DNA from: an uncultured cyanobacterium
GTDB taxonomy: Bacteria > Cyanobacteriota > Cyanobacteriia > Cyanobacteriales > CAWUOF01
Assembly (NCBI GenBank): GCA_963744145.1
Contig: CAVUSO010000001.1
Coordinates: forward strand, 480,001 to 544,000
Direction: 5' to 3'
DNA length: 64,000 nucleotides
Shown: positions 1-8,654 of the stretch, one piece after another
How the letters are laid out: each line of letters opens with the position of its first letter
How positions within the stretch are numbered: position 1 is the first letter of the stretch
Notes under the pieces: generated by a model
The model's input: only the letters and a program-made list of their open reading frames with translations
Database searches by the model: none
What the model was told of the DNA's origin: nothing
Position numbers and translations under genes: made by a program

Positions 1-602
1 CGACTATCTGTTTCTGGATAGGAATTTTCTAAGCTTTCTGAATGAGGTGGTCTACCAGGTAGTTCTCGAATAGCCCGTTCTAGGAGGGATAACTCTTGGA
101 TAACCTCTGAGTCACTGTTGTCGAGAGGTTTCTTTTTATCTAGGTTTTTCCAAGCGGTTTCGCTACCCGTAGTGAAAGCAACCACCATTTCTGGTAACAA
201 ACTGTGGCTAAATTGAACTGGTTGTTCCTGAAGTATTTCATTATCCGTCTGAATCTCCCAGGCATTTACATCTCCTAAGAGGGCAAATTGTTCAACATCA
301 GAATCCTCTGACTCTTCTGATTGTGGAATGTTCGATAACTTTACTCTGCGTTTTTGGTTGCCCTCTCCTAACTCATATTCTAGTTCAAAACCATAATCGA
401 CAGGATTGTAACTCTCTAAAGTTCGTATTATATCAAACAGTGCTATTAGTACCGTTGACTTTCCAGTACCGTTGACACCTACCAGAAAATCAAGACTGTA
501 GGAAGAAGCATGAGTAAGGATATGTTCTGTTTTAGGACTGAAGTTAATCTCTAAGTCGCGCAGAACTCGATACTTTTCTAGGTAGAGCCTCTGTAACTTC
601 AT
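1..602 (-). CDS. ABC/AAA-family ATPase (RM-associated, SMC/OLD-like N-terminus), partial, runs off left edge
   Basis: Manual translation from ATG at 602: MKLQRLYLEKYRVLRDLEINF...SLDFLVGVNGTGKSTVL (Walker A GxNGxGKS). GGAG RBS upstream; frame open to base 1; missing from ORF track. Confidence 0.85.
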   Translation of the reverse strand, partial: MKLQRLYLEKYRVLRDLEINFSPKTEHILTHASSYSLDFLVGVNGTGKSTVLIALFDIIRTLESYNPVDYGFELEYELGEGNQKRRVKLSNIPQSEESEDSDVEQFALLGDVNAWEIQTDNEILQEQPVQFSHSLLPEMVVAFTTGSETAWKNLDKKKPLDNSDSEVIQELSLLERAIRELPGRPPHSESLENSYPETDS

Positions 603-2627
603 CTGCTCTTCTCCCCTAAATTTGAACCACCTGAGTCGAACTGCCATAGAATCTCGCTCCGTGACGCGACGGTAGAAGAAGATAGGATCGTTTGTCTTTG
701 GATCTGCAATAGTCACAGGTACAATGACTCCCATACGTTCTAAGAGGTCAATGGTCTGGCGAGTAGCATCTGCTACATCCTCAGTATTAGCAGCATTCAA
801 GTCCTCCAAGGTGAAGTGTGCTGCTGTTTCATAATTATCTCTCTCATTGTCAGTAATTTGCTCAGTTTTTTCACGTACTTTATTCCAGATTTTGGTTTGT
901 TCTGGATTCAGCTTTTCTAGTAATTTGAATTCCGGTTCAAAAATTGGAGAAGGTAGTTTCTGAGTTGCAACAGGAGGTAATTCCAGACGACCAAAGAGGC
1001 TATCAATCCGTTGAGCTAGTAGCTGCTGGTTGCGGTGGATTCTGGCTAGGATCGTGGAAGGAGATTGAAGAGAGCTTGATTCGATCTGAGTTCCGACATA
1101 GCGTTCTGGACGTAAATCATAGGCTTGATTTTGGATGGTAGTGCTTGGAACAGCTACCCCTAGCAATCTGGGCTTGTCTATCCCTATGGTTTGGTGATGA
1201 TTGGGAAAAGCGATCGCCACTGCACTAACTGAACATGAAAGTAATGGTATTACTGGATTAATTTCTTGTTCTGATCCTTCTTTTGGTAATTGTTCTGAAT
1301 CAATATCTTGTTCTGTCTCCTCTTCTGCTGATTGGCCCTCATTAGTAGAGGTTTGCTCAGTCTCTAGGGGAATCTGGACAGTAATTCGTTTCTCTGAGGA
1401 AGTTGCTGCCAATTCCACCATTAAGAAACGAGACCTTTGACCAGTCTGAGGGTCTGGAAGCATAAATTTAATGTTTGTTAGGCTACTAGCTATGCCCTGA
1501 CAAATTATTCCCATTTGACTATTGCTGGGGCTTGTAATCCATTTGACCCCAATTTGCGGATTGGTGTCGTCATTAGGAAATCGCTCATCAAATTCAGAGT
1601 TATACTTCGCCCATACCTGTTCTACAAAAGGCAGGTCGCTATGTAGAGAAGGATCTTGTGTCAGATCGCGACCGCGACCAGTTGGATAGCCATCCTGTTC
1701 AACCTGGAAGAACCAACTTAGATGTCCTTCAACAGGGTTACTTTTGCTAAACAGCAGTAGATTGGTTTGAAGAGGGCTGTAGGGTTGAAAGGCATCTCTG
1801 GGCAGAGCGATTACTGCTTCCAGTTTATTTCCATCTACCAACTGAGTTCGCAAATCCTGATCAGCCTTACTGTTACTAAATAGCAACCCTGATGGCACTA
1901 GAAGCGCCGCTTTTCCATCTGGGGCTAGTTTTTGCAATGCCAAGGCGGTTAGTACCGTTTCGCTGCGACTACTGATTTTCTTTTTAAAGATTCTTGCTGC
2001 CAGTTCTATATCAATTTTTTCGCCAAAGGGAAGATTCATCAGAATCCGTTCAAAAGTTTTGAAAGCAAAAGCTTCTTCTCCCAAAACTTTGAGAGCGTTA
2101 CCATTCTCAATTTGAGCAGAGGGAATTTTATGAAGCCGGAGATTTGCTGTTGCTAACCACGCCCACTCAGGGGAAATGTCGATCCCAAAAGTCTGCCCAG
2201 GCTGATTGGGATCTGTAGCTTTACGATACACAAGCAAACCACCACTGCCACAAGTAAAGTCTGCCATGCTATGGATTGATTCAACTTGGGCAAGTTCTAG
2301 CATGAATTTGGCAATATACCGGGGAGTGGGATAGCGTCCACCGGGAAGCATAGTAGGGAGACGAAAAAGTATGTGGCGATCGAACAGCACAGCTAACCCA
2401 CCTACTTGATTAGCTGCTATCCTCAACTGCTCCTTGATAATTTTAATATTTTCTTTGTTTAGGTAGTCAGGAGGTAATCTAGGCATTGCTTCATCTTTTG
2501 GTAGTTCCAGTCTGCTTTCTGCCAAAAGAAGTCTAGCGATATGCTCAATAATAGTTAAGTCATCCGCAATCCCAGCACTGCGGAAAGTTGACCAAACTTG
2601 ATTAAGCCAATCGCGAACTGTTTCCAT
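599..2627 (-). CDS. Second HsdM-like N6-DNA-methylase-family protein with degenerate catalytic motif and C-terminal extension (as sequenced, fused in frame to the ATPase)
   Basis: Manual translation from ATG 2627: GRYPTPRYIAKFM, DFTCGSGGLL (motif I), RILMNLPFG (motif IV, NLPF), LVPSGLLF, VIALPRDAFQPYS, YDLRPERYV. No stop before the ATPase; removing one base near 650 gives ...ERDLWQFDSGGSNLGEKSR* with an ATGA overlap at 599-602. Confidence 0.8.
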
Positions 2628-2630
2628 GCC

Positions 2631-3929
2631 TTACAATTCTCCTCGAAAAGCCCGTTCTAAAATAGATTGCTCAAGCATATCAAGCGATTTAGCATCTTGT
2701 TCCAACATTTTTAGCACTGCTTCAGCAGCATACTGAATATTGTCAAGATATGCAACGGCTAGGCGTTGTTGCTGTATTGGTGGTTTCGGTACTGGAATTT
2801 CTACAACATTCTTAGGATATATGTGTGTTTGCCCCCGCTTATCTGCAAAGGCAATTCCTGTTCTCCTAGAAAGAATCTCTTGATGACCTTGTTCAGACCA
2901 AAGATAATAGTAGAGCCATTTGCCTAATAATTCTTCCTCATCTTTAGAGCGCAAAATCATTATTTGTGTATCAACTGTCCAGAAATCTTCACACTCTTTC
3001 ACATAACTAACACGCCCAAGAGTTCCTTCGGCAATGTTTGCCATCAGAACATCTCCAGGTTTTAAATATCTATCTTGAGGCAGTTTTTGCACTTGTTCTT
3101 CTTTCATATAGGAAGGATTATTGAATCGCAAATAGTGAGGATAAACGTGCTTGGTTTTGAAAACTCTAACGTCGGAATCACCTTCACCACTTGCCCGACC
3201 ATTAAAGGCTGTAGCAACTTCTGATAGAGGTACAATATCAATTACTGATTCAAGTTTTGTAAATACTTCATTTAGTGAGACAGTTAATAATCGCTCCGTA
3301 TCTCGTCGCACTTCGTCAAGCATACTGCGAGACTCTCTAATTTCAGTTAGTAGTGCTTCTATACGTGCAACAATTTGGTTTTGAACATTAAGAGAATAAG
3401 TAGTTTCCTTATAATGAGGAATAGGTACAGAAAGTTCGAGGAACTCTTTAACTTTCAGATTGCGTAATCCAGAAGTTGTAGCCTGTGCATATAAGTATAC
3501 GCTCCGTGCAGAGGATGAATGCAGATAATAAAGGAGATATTGGGGAATAACTGTTCCTTTAGAACGCAGCCTCAGCATAAAATTTGAAAACAAGTAGGTT
3601 CGACCATCATTAGGATCATCAAACAAGCAAGGCCACCCTACAAGCCTTGTGCTACCACTAGATTTATTAACTAAAATATCTCCATTTTTTAGTGAATATT
3701 TATCAATTATTTTTACATCTACAACTCTCATTTCTGCACTTTCAGACTTTAAAACGTAACCAGAGATTTCTGTAGATTTAATGGTAGGAAAAGCAATTGT
3801 ATAATTGTCCGCAGGTGTGCCCCAGATACCTGTCTGATGGCTAACTAAATCCGAGAGCTTAACCCATTTCCAATCTTTAGGCAAGTTCCATAGTTTTCTG
3901 ACCGATATTTCTGTGGCCATATTTACCAT
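2631..3929 (-). CDS. hsdS: Type I restriction-modification specificity subunit
   Basis: LPKDWKWVKL start, two TRDs with Q-x-x-IV linker helices, C-terminal LEQSILERAFRGEL. Confidence 0.93.
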   Translation of the reverse strand: MVNMATEISVRKLWNLPKDWKWVKLSDLVSHQTGIWGTPADNYTIAFPTIKSTEISGYVLKSESAEMRVVDVKIIDKYSLKNGDILVNKSSGSTRLVGWPCLFDDPNDGRTYLFSNFMLRLRSKGTVIPQYLLYYLHSSSARSVYLYAQATTSGLRNLKVKEFLELSVPIPHYKETTYSLNVQNQIVARIEALLTEIRESRSMLDEVRRDTERLLTVSLNEVFTKLESVIDIVPLSEVATAFNGRASGEGDSDVRVFKTKHVYPHYLRFNNPSYMKEEQVQKLPQDRYLKPGDVLMANIAEGTLGRVSYVKECEDFWTVDTQIMILRSKDEEELLGKWLYYYLWSEQGHQEILSRRTGIAFADKRGQTHIYPKNVVEIPVPKPPIQQQRLAVAYLDNIQYAAEAVLKMLEQDAKSLDMLEQSILERAFRGEL

Positions 3930-5452
3930 TAAGTCTCCTCCATATTACTAACAAGCTTATGAAGACGCTCTACAATAATTTGAAATTTTTGCTGATTTTC
4001 AAGAATTCTAGCAGTTAATTCCGAGGGATGTGGTAATTTTTCCTCTTCAGGACGATGAGGATTTCTAGCTGATAAATCATACCCCCGCTCGACCAGTATC
4101 TTTTCATCTACAAACCAACTTGTTTCAGTAAAATCTTTGTGAGATACTTTTCCTTGACAATATTTACGCCACTGCTGTACCACTTCCTTTGCTTGGTTAA
4201 AATGCTCATCAGAAATAGAATTTCCCTTACTAAATTTCTTCAAATTTTCAGGCAAAGGCATCTCGTAATAGAGAACTTCTTTGGTAGCACCTGATCGCTC
4301 AAAAAATAACAATGCAGTCTTCACATCCGAATAGGGAGCAAACGCACCAGGAGGCAGACTAACTACTAAAAATAGATTAAAATCATTGAGCAACATTTGC
4401 TTAACTGTAGCAAATGCACCACCTCGAAATAATGTTCCTTCCGGCACTACCATCCCACAACGAGCTTTATTTGATGGTTTCAGCTTTTTGATAATATGTT
4501 CAACCGCTAATAATTCTGTAGCGTTACTCTTAACAGGAAAATTCTGTTTAATTTGGGCGTTTTCTGTTCCACCAAAAGGAGGATTAGTTAGTACGATATC
4601 GAATCGCTCAGATACATTACGGACATTTTCTTCTAAGGTATTCTTCCGCCGAATATTTGGCACTAAAACCCCATGTAGTACCATATTCATTGTACCTAAG
4701 AGAGCAGGTAAAGCCTTTTTCTCCTGCCCAACAAAGGTTTTACGTTGAAGAATATGGCGGTCTTTAATAGTTTTCTCTTGCTTCTGCATCTGCTCATAAG
4801 CTTCCACCAAAAACCCACAGGAACCGCAGAAGGGGTCATAAACCGTTTCGCCAATTTGCGGGTCAATTACCTCCACTATAAATCGAATTATTGGACGAGG
4901 AGTATAAAACTCACCTGCCATTTTATTTTCATTTCCCAATCGCTTGAGCAAGTCTTCATAGACATGGGAAACTGTATGAATATCATCAGGATTTTTAAAA
5001 TCGATGCTATCAACAATCTCCAACACATCCTTGAGGTTATAAGGAGAATCACAAACAACTACATTCCGATCATTAAATATACCAGCAATCACTTCTCGTT
5101 CTGGGGAACCAGAGAGATTAGCAAGGTAGGGAATCAATTCCCCACGAATAAACCTCATCAGAGGCTCACCATCCCACTTTGGCGTAGCGCGACGACCATT
5201 TTCACCTACTTTTTTATCTAATGCTAAAAGTATCCAATTCGACCAAGAATAGTCACGATCAATTACTGGATTATGGCTTCCTCCTGCTAATTCAGCTTCC
5301 AATTCAAAGATTTTTTCTTGCTCGTCAAGAAACTTTAAAAACAACAACCAAGAGATATGTTCGACATACTCCATTATGCCGCCACAGTTATTGTCTCGAC
5401 GCAAAATTTCGCAAGCTCTCCAGATGTCGTTCGTTAATTGTTCTCGACTCAT
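3929..5452 (-). CDS. hsdM: Type I restriction-modification methyltransferase subunit
   Basis: GEFYTPR, YDPFCGSCGFL, LTNPPFGG motifs; HsdM N-terminus (YVEHISWLLFLKFLD). Confidence 0.95.
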   Translation of the reverse strand: MSREQLTNDIWRACEILRRDNNCGGIMEYVEHISWLLFLKFLDEQEKIFELEAELAGGSHNPVIDRDYSWSNWILLALDKKVGENGRRATPKWDGEPLMRFIRGELIPYLANLSGSPEREVIAGIFNDRNVVVCDSPYNLKDVLEIVDSIDFKNPDDIHTVSHVYEDLLKRLGNENKMAGEFYTPRPIIRFIVEVIDPQIGETVYDPFCGSCGFLVEAYEQMQKQEKTIKDRHILQRKTFVGQEKKALPALLGTMNMVLHGVLVPNIRRKNTLEENVRNVSERFDIVLTNPPFGGTENAQIKQNFPVKSNATELLAVEHIIKKLKPSNKARCGMVVPEGTLFRGGAFATVKQMLLNDFNLFLVVSLPPGAFAPYSDVKTALLFFERSGATKEVLYYEMPLPENLKKFSKGNSISDEHFNQAKEVVQQWRKYCQGKVSHKDFTETSWFVDEKILVERGYDLSARNPHRPEEEKLPHPSELTARILENQQKFQIIVERLHKLVSNMEET

Positions 5453-5606
5453 GCAGTTTTCTCTCGGTATAGGCGCTGCTGCACCTCATTCAATGTTTGA
5501 CGCAAATTTTTGCTATTACCAAATCTTTCGCAAATTTTTGCTATTACCAAATCTTTCGCAAATTTTTGCTATTACCAAATCTTTGTACTACCCCCTGTGC
5601 TTGTCC
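5449..5606 (-). pseudogene. hsdR: C-terminal remnant of hsdR (EcoEI-R-like tail)
   Basis: Collapsing the triplicated 28-mer gives GQAQGVVQRFGNSKNLRQTLNEVQQRLYREKTA*, whose TGA overlaps the hsdM ATG (ATGA). It resembles the FG..L...L..LQ..LY end of EcoEI-type HsdR; no upstream ORF remains. Confidence 0.7.
5501..5584. repeat. Perfect tandem repeat, 3 x 28 bp (CGCAAATTTTTGCTATTACCAAATCTTT)
   Basis: Directly visible; no spacers. Confidence 0.95.
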
Positions 5607-5773
5607 CTGATGTAGTTTTTATAATGATATGATGATCACGTCGAACTATCACCCAAATATTTGGTGATGTGGACGATTTTTGTACATATTTTGAGCGCTA
5701 TTGGCAAACACAAACCGAACTTCTGGCCATTTCTGGCGAGCAGCCCAGCAGTTCGCGGATGCTCTAAACTAGG

Positions 5774-5803
5774 GGTAGGGGCGCAAAAGCAATACGCCCG
5801 TAC
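5774..5803. repeat. REP-like GTAG hairpin repeat
   Basis: GTAGGGGCG...AATACGCCCGTAC; related copies near 30152-30179 and 40166-40190. Confidence 0.6.
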
Positions 5804-6096
5804 AATCCATCCTTACCAGCTCTACCTCCTACCATCTTTTAACTTCGTCAAACTGACGTTCCTAAAGCTATTGTAAGCGGAGTAGAGGTTTTAAGATAAA
5901 AAAAAGAAAATAAGTAACAATAATAACAGAAATTCAATTACATGAATTGGAAATTACGTCTAATGATGGTCAGAGGACAGTGACCATTGTTCAAAAAATC
6001 GAAAAATTTTTAGATATTTACTGCCAAAGTTGTAGACTGATGGCAGTTTTTCAAGATCCTGTCATCTGATGGCTTTAAGTCTAGTTCATCAAGCTT

Positions 6097-6594
6097 ATGT
6101 TCAAATATCTGCCTCCACTCAATGATCACAACTTACCCTATCCCGACACAATTCATCCGATCGTGGTGCATTTTGTGATTGCTATGGTCCTATTTGCCGT
6201 ATTCTGTGATTTACTAAGCTATTTCACCCGCAATCCGCGCTTGTATGAAGTGAGTTGGTGGAATTTATTCTTCGCTACAATTTCCATTTTTATTGCGATC
6301 ATTTTTGGTCAGATTGAAGCGGGACTAGCAGAACCCTACTCAAATGTAGAATCAACACTAAATATACACACATTTCTGGGTTGGTCGATGTCTGGTGTGA
6401 TTGCCGCGGTAACAGCATGGCGATATGTGCTACGTTTTCGTAATCCCCAAGAATTACCCATACCATTTTTAGGAGTAGGTGTAGTATTAGTCGGGCTAGT
6501 TTGTATTCAAGTCTATCTGGGAGATGTGTTGGTATGGGTCTACGGGCTACATACTATTCCAGTAGTTGAAGCAACGAGGGAAGGCATTTTATGA
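6097..6594 (+). CDS. DUF2231-type membrane protein, oxidase operon
   Basis: IHPIVVHFVIA motif, 4 TM helices, conserved His residues; upstream of oxidase subunit II. Confidence 0.85.
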   Translation: MFKYLPPLNDHNLPYPDTIHPIVVHFVIAMVLFAVFCDLLSYFTRNPRLYEVSWWNLFFATISIFIAIIFGQIEAGLAEPYSNVESTLNIHTFLGWSMSGVIAAVTAWRYVLRFRNPQELPIPFLGVGVVLVGLVCIQVYLGDVLVWVYGLHTIPVVEATREGIL

Positions 6595-7196
6595 ATTTAG
6601 ACTTAATCGATCAGCTCAAAGATCAAATAGGTGTCAATGGCTTACCCTATCCGATTCCGATTCATCCCAATCTAGTACATTTGACCTTGGGATTATTTAT
6701 TGTTGCGATTAGCTTTGATATTGTGGGGGTGCTATTTCCCTTAGAAAAACCTGTTTTCAAATTTCTCGCCATTCCAGCAACGCGCTCAAATTTCTTTGAT
6801 GTCGGCTGGTACAATATGGTTGGAGCCGCTGTGATTACCTTCTTTACCGTGGCCGCAGGTTTTTATGAAATTATGTTGGCAGAACCAGCAGCAGATGTCA
6901 AAAGTGCCTGGGGATTGCTCGCAATGGAAACTATGCTCTGGCACGGAGTTGGTGGTGTACTCCTGTTATTCTTGATTGTGGTAATGACAGTGTGGAGAGG
7001 GTTTCAAAGATTTTTCTGGCGCAAAGACCGCGCTCAACAAGTAGACTGGAGTTACTTAATCGCTGGCTTAGGCATTTTTGCACTGATGTTTGTTCATGGT
7101 ACATTAGGGGCACAATTAGCCGCCGAATTTGGTGTACATATCAGTGCCGATCGCTTATTACGCATGGGTGAAGATCTGAATTTGCGATTGAAGTGA
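6591..7196 (+). CDS. DUF2231-type membrane protein, oxidase operon
   Basis: IHPNLVHLTLG motif; paralog of preceding gene; ATGA overlap. Confidence 0.85.
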   Translation: MNLDLIDQLKDQIGVNGLPYPIPIHPNLVHLTLGLFIVAISFDIVGVLFPLEKPVFKFLAIPATRSNFFDVGWYNMVGAAVITFFTVAAGFYEIMLAEPAADVKSAWGLLAMETMLWHGVGGVLLLFLIVVMTVWRGFQRFFWRKDRAQQVDWSYLIAGLGIFALMFVHGTLGAQLAAEFGVHISADRLLRMGEDLNLRLK

Positions 7197-8140
7197 TGGT
7201 AAGCATGAAAATTTCCACAATTTTAACTTTAGGCATCATTGCGATCGCCCTAGGGCTGATTAGTTTATGGATGGGGCAACAATCCTATTCCTGGTTTCCA
7301 CCCCAAGCTTCAGCCGAATCGGTTTTGGTTGATCAGTTATTTAGTTTCCTGGTTACTTTAGGAACATTCATTTTTTGCGGAGTAGTCGGTACAATCACTT
7401 ACTCATTGCTGTTCCATCGAGCGGGTAAATATGATGCTAGTGATGGTCCCCATATCGAAGGAAATCTTACTTTAGAAGTAGTTTGGACAGCAATTCCCAT
7501 CGTTTTAGTCATTTGGATTGCTGGCTATAGTTACCAAGTTTACGACCAAATGGGGATTCTCGGTGCAATGGAACATATTCATGCCCAACCCATCAGCTTG
7601 GATATACCCAGAGCCGAAGCAGCGACCATTGAAGATCGGGCGATCGCGAAAACTCTACCAACCGAACAAATAGATGTTTATGCGCGTCAGTGGTCCTGGG
7701 AATTCCGTTATCCCCAACAACACATCAGCACTACTGAATTGCATATCCCCAACCAGCGACGGATCAAACTAGCACTACATTCAGAAGATGTCCTACATGG
7801 ATTCTTCGTCCCAGCTTTCCGGATTAAGCAAGATCTAATTCCTGGTCGGGTAATTAACTTTGAATTTACACCGATCCAAACAGGTCGTTATCGCTTACGA
7901 GATTCAGAATACAGTGGCACCTATTTTGCGGCTATGGAAACAGATGTGGTCGTAGAATCGCCAGATGCCTATCAACAATGGCTAACCACAACCGCTAATC
8001 AAACCCCTGTTCCCGCATATAACCAAGCATTTGATGAATATCATCGTGTTCATACTCCGATTAGCACGGGTTGGCCAATCGTTGAACCTGCTCCTCCACC
8101 TGTGGTTAATTATCCCAGTTCTCCAGCAAATAACCTATGA
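7193..8140 (+). CDS. ctaC: Heme-copper oxidase subunit II, ARTO type (no CuA ligands)
   Basis: LEVVWTAIP, QWSWEFRY, DVLHGF; CxExCxxxHxxM replaced by DSEYSGTYFAAM; start may be 7206. Confidence 0.9.
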   Translation: MMVSMKISTILTLGIIAIALGLISLWMGQQSYSWFPPQASAESVLVDQLFSFLVTLGTFIFCGVVGTITYSLLFHRAGKYDASDGPHIEGNLTLEVVWTAIPIVLVIWIAGYSYQVYDQMGILGAMEHIHAQPISLDIPRAEAATIEDRAIAKTLPTEQIDVYARQWSWEFRYPQQHISTTELHIPNQRRIKLALHSEDVLHGFFVPAFRIKQDLIPGRVINFEFTPIQTGRYRLRDSEYSGTYFAAMETDVVVESPDAYQQWLTTTANQTPVPAYNQAFDEYHRVHTPISTGWPIVEPAPPPVVNYPSSPANNL

Positions 8141-8251
8141 GTAGCCTAAAAACGTAGTAATACCAATTAGGGAGATTCTGACTACAGATCATCTATAAGT
8201 CAATCAATTTGATTCATCAATAGCCTAGGGCAAAGCAGTTCGGTTATAGCT

Positions 8252-8374
8252 CAATACGGTTCAGTTAAACGTAGGGGAAAAGGGGTGGGGCGACAATTGA
8301 GCGAATTTTCGTTCGTAATTCGTAATTTGTAATTCGTAATTCACCACGATTTTCTCCTTAACTGAACCGTATTG
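8252..8374. mobile_element. MITE with IS4-type terminal inverted repeats and internal heptamer repeats
   Basis: CAATACGGTTCAGTTAA ... TTAACTGAACCGTATTG (17-bp perfect IR); internal TCGTAAT repeats. Confidence 0.8.
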
Positions 8375-8536
8375 TATTATATATTATCAATCCTAGTCTG
8401 AGAATAACCCCCAGTAAATTTCAGACCGGACAGAGTGTGCGGTGAGTCAGCCCTAGTTAGGTTCGGTTTCCTCCCACTTATGACCCAAAACAACAAGGCT
8501 GATTACCCTGGGAAATAAAAAATCACGATTGACTAC

Positions 8537-8564
8537 TTGCACAGTTATCTGATTGTGATAAAAT
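8537..8564 (+). promoter_or_regulatory. Putative NRPS promoter (extended -10)
   Basis: TTGCAC at 8537; TG-A-TAAAAT at 8556-8564; ~90 bp upstream of the NRPS ATG. Confidence 0.4.
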
Positions 8565-8580
8565 AAATAACTAAAGAGCT

Positions 8581-8627
8581 CAAGCCTTATCCAATGCTAA
8601 GCATTGGATAAGGCTTGGCTTTTTTTT
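8581..8627 (+). terminator. Palindrome with 18-bp arms followed by T8, in the NRPS leader
   Basis: CAAGCCTTATCCAATGCT-A-AGCATTGGATAAGGCTTG then GCTTTTTTTT. Confidence 0.55.
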
Positions 8628-8654
8628 AAGAATTTTTGGTGATGAGAGTTTTTT

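Noticed and set aside
944-1440. Short plus-strand ORFs (944-1141, 1201-1440) and similar shadow ORFs across the window, e.g. 62777-63208
   Set aside because: Antisense or out-of-frame to well-supported genes, with no recognisable motifs
5501-5584. Possible mini CRISPR array
   Set aside because: Repeats are contiguous with no spacers, no cas genes are present, and the unit appears to be hsdR coding sequence
8395-8515. Possible structured RNA upstream of the NRPS
   Set aside because: No recognisable riboswitch or ncRNA motif; could be degraded repeat sequence
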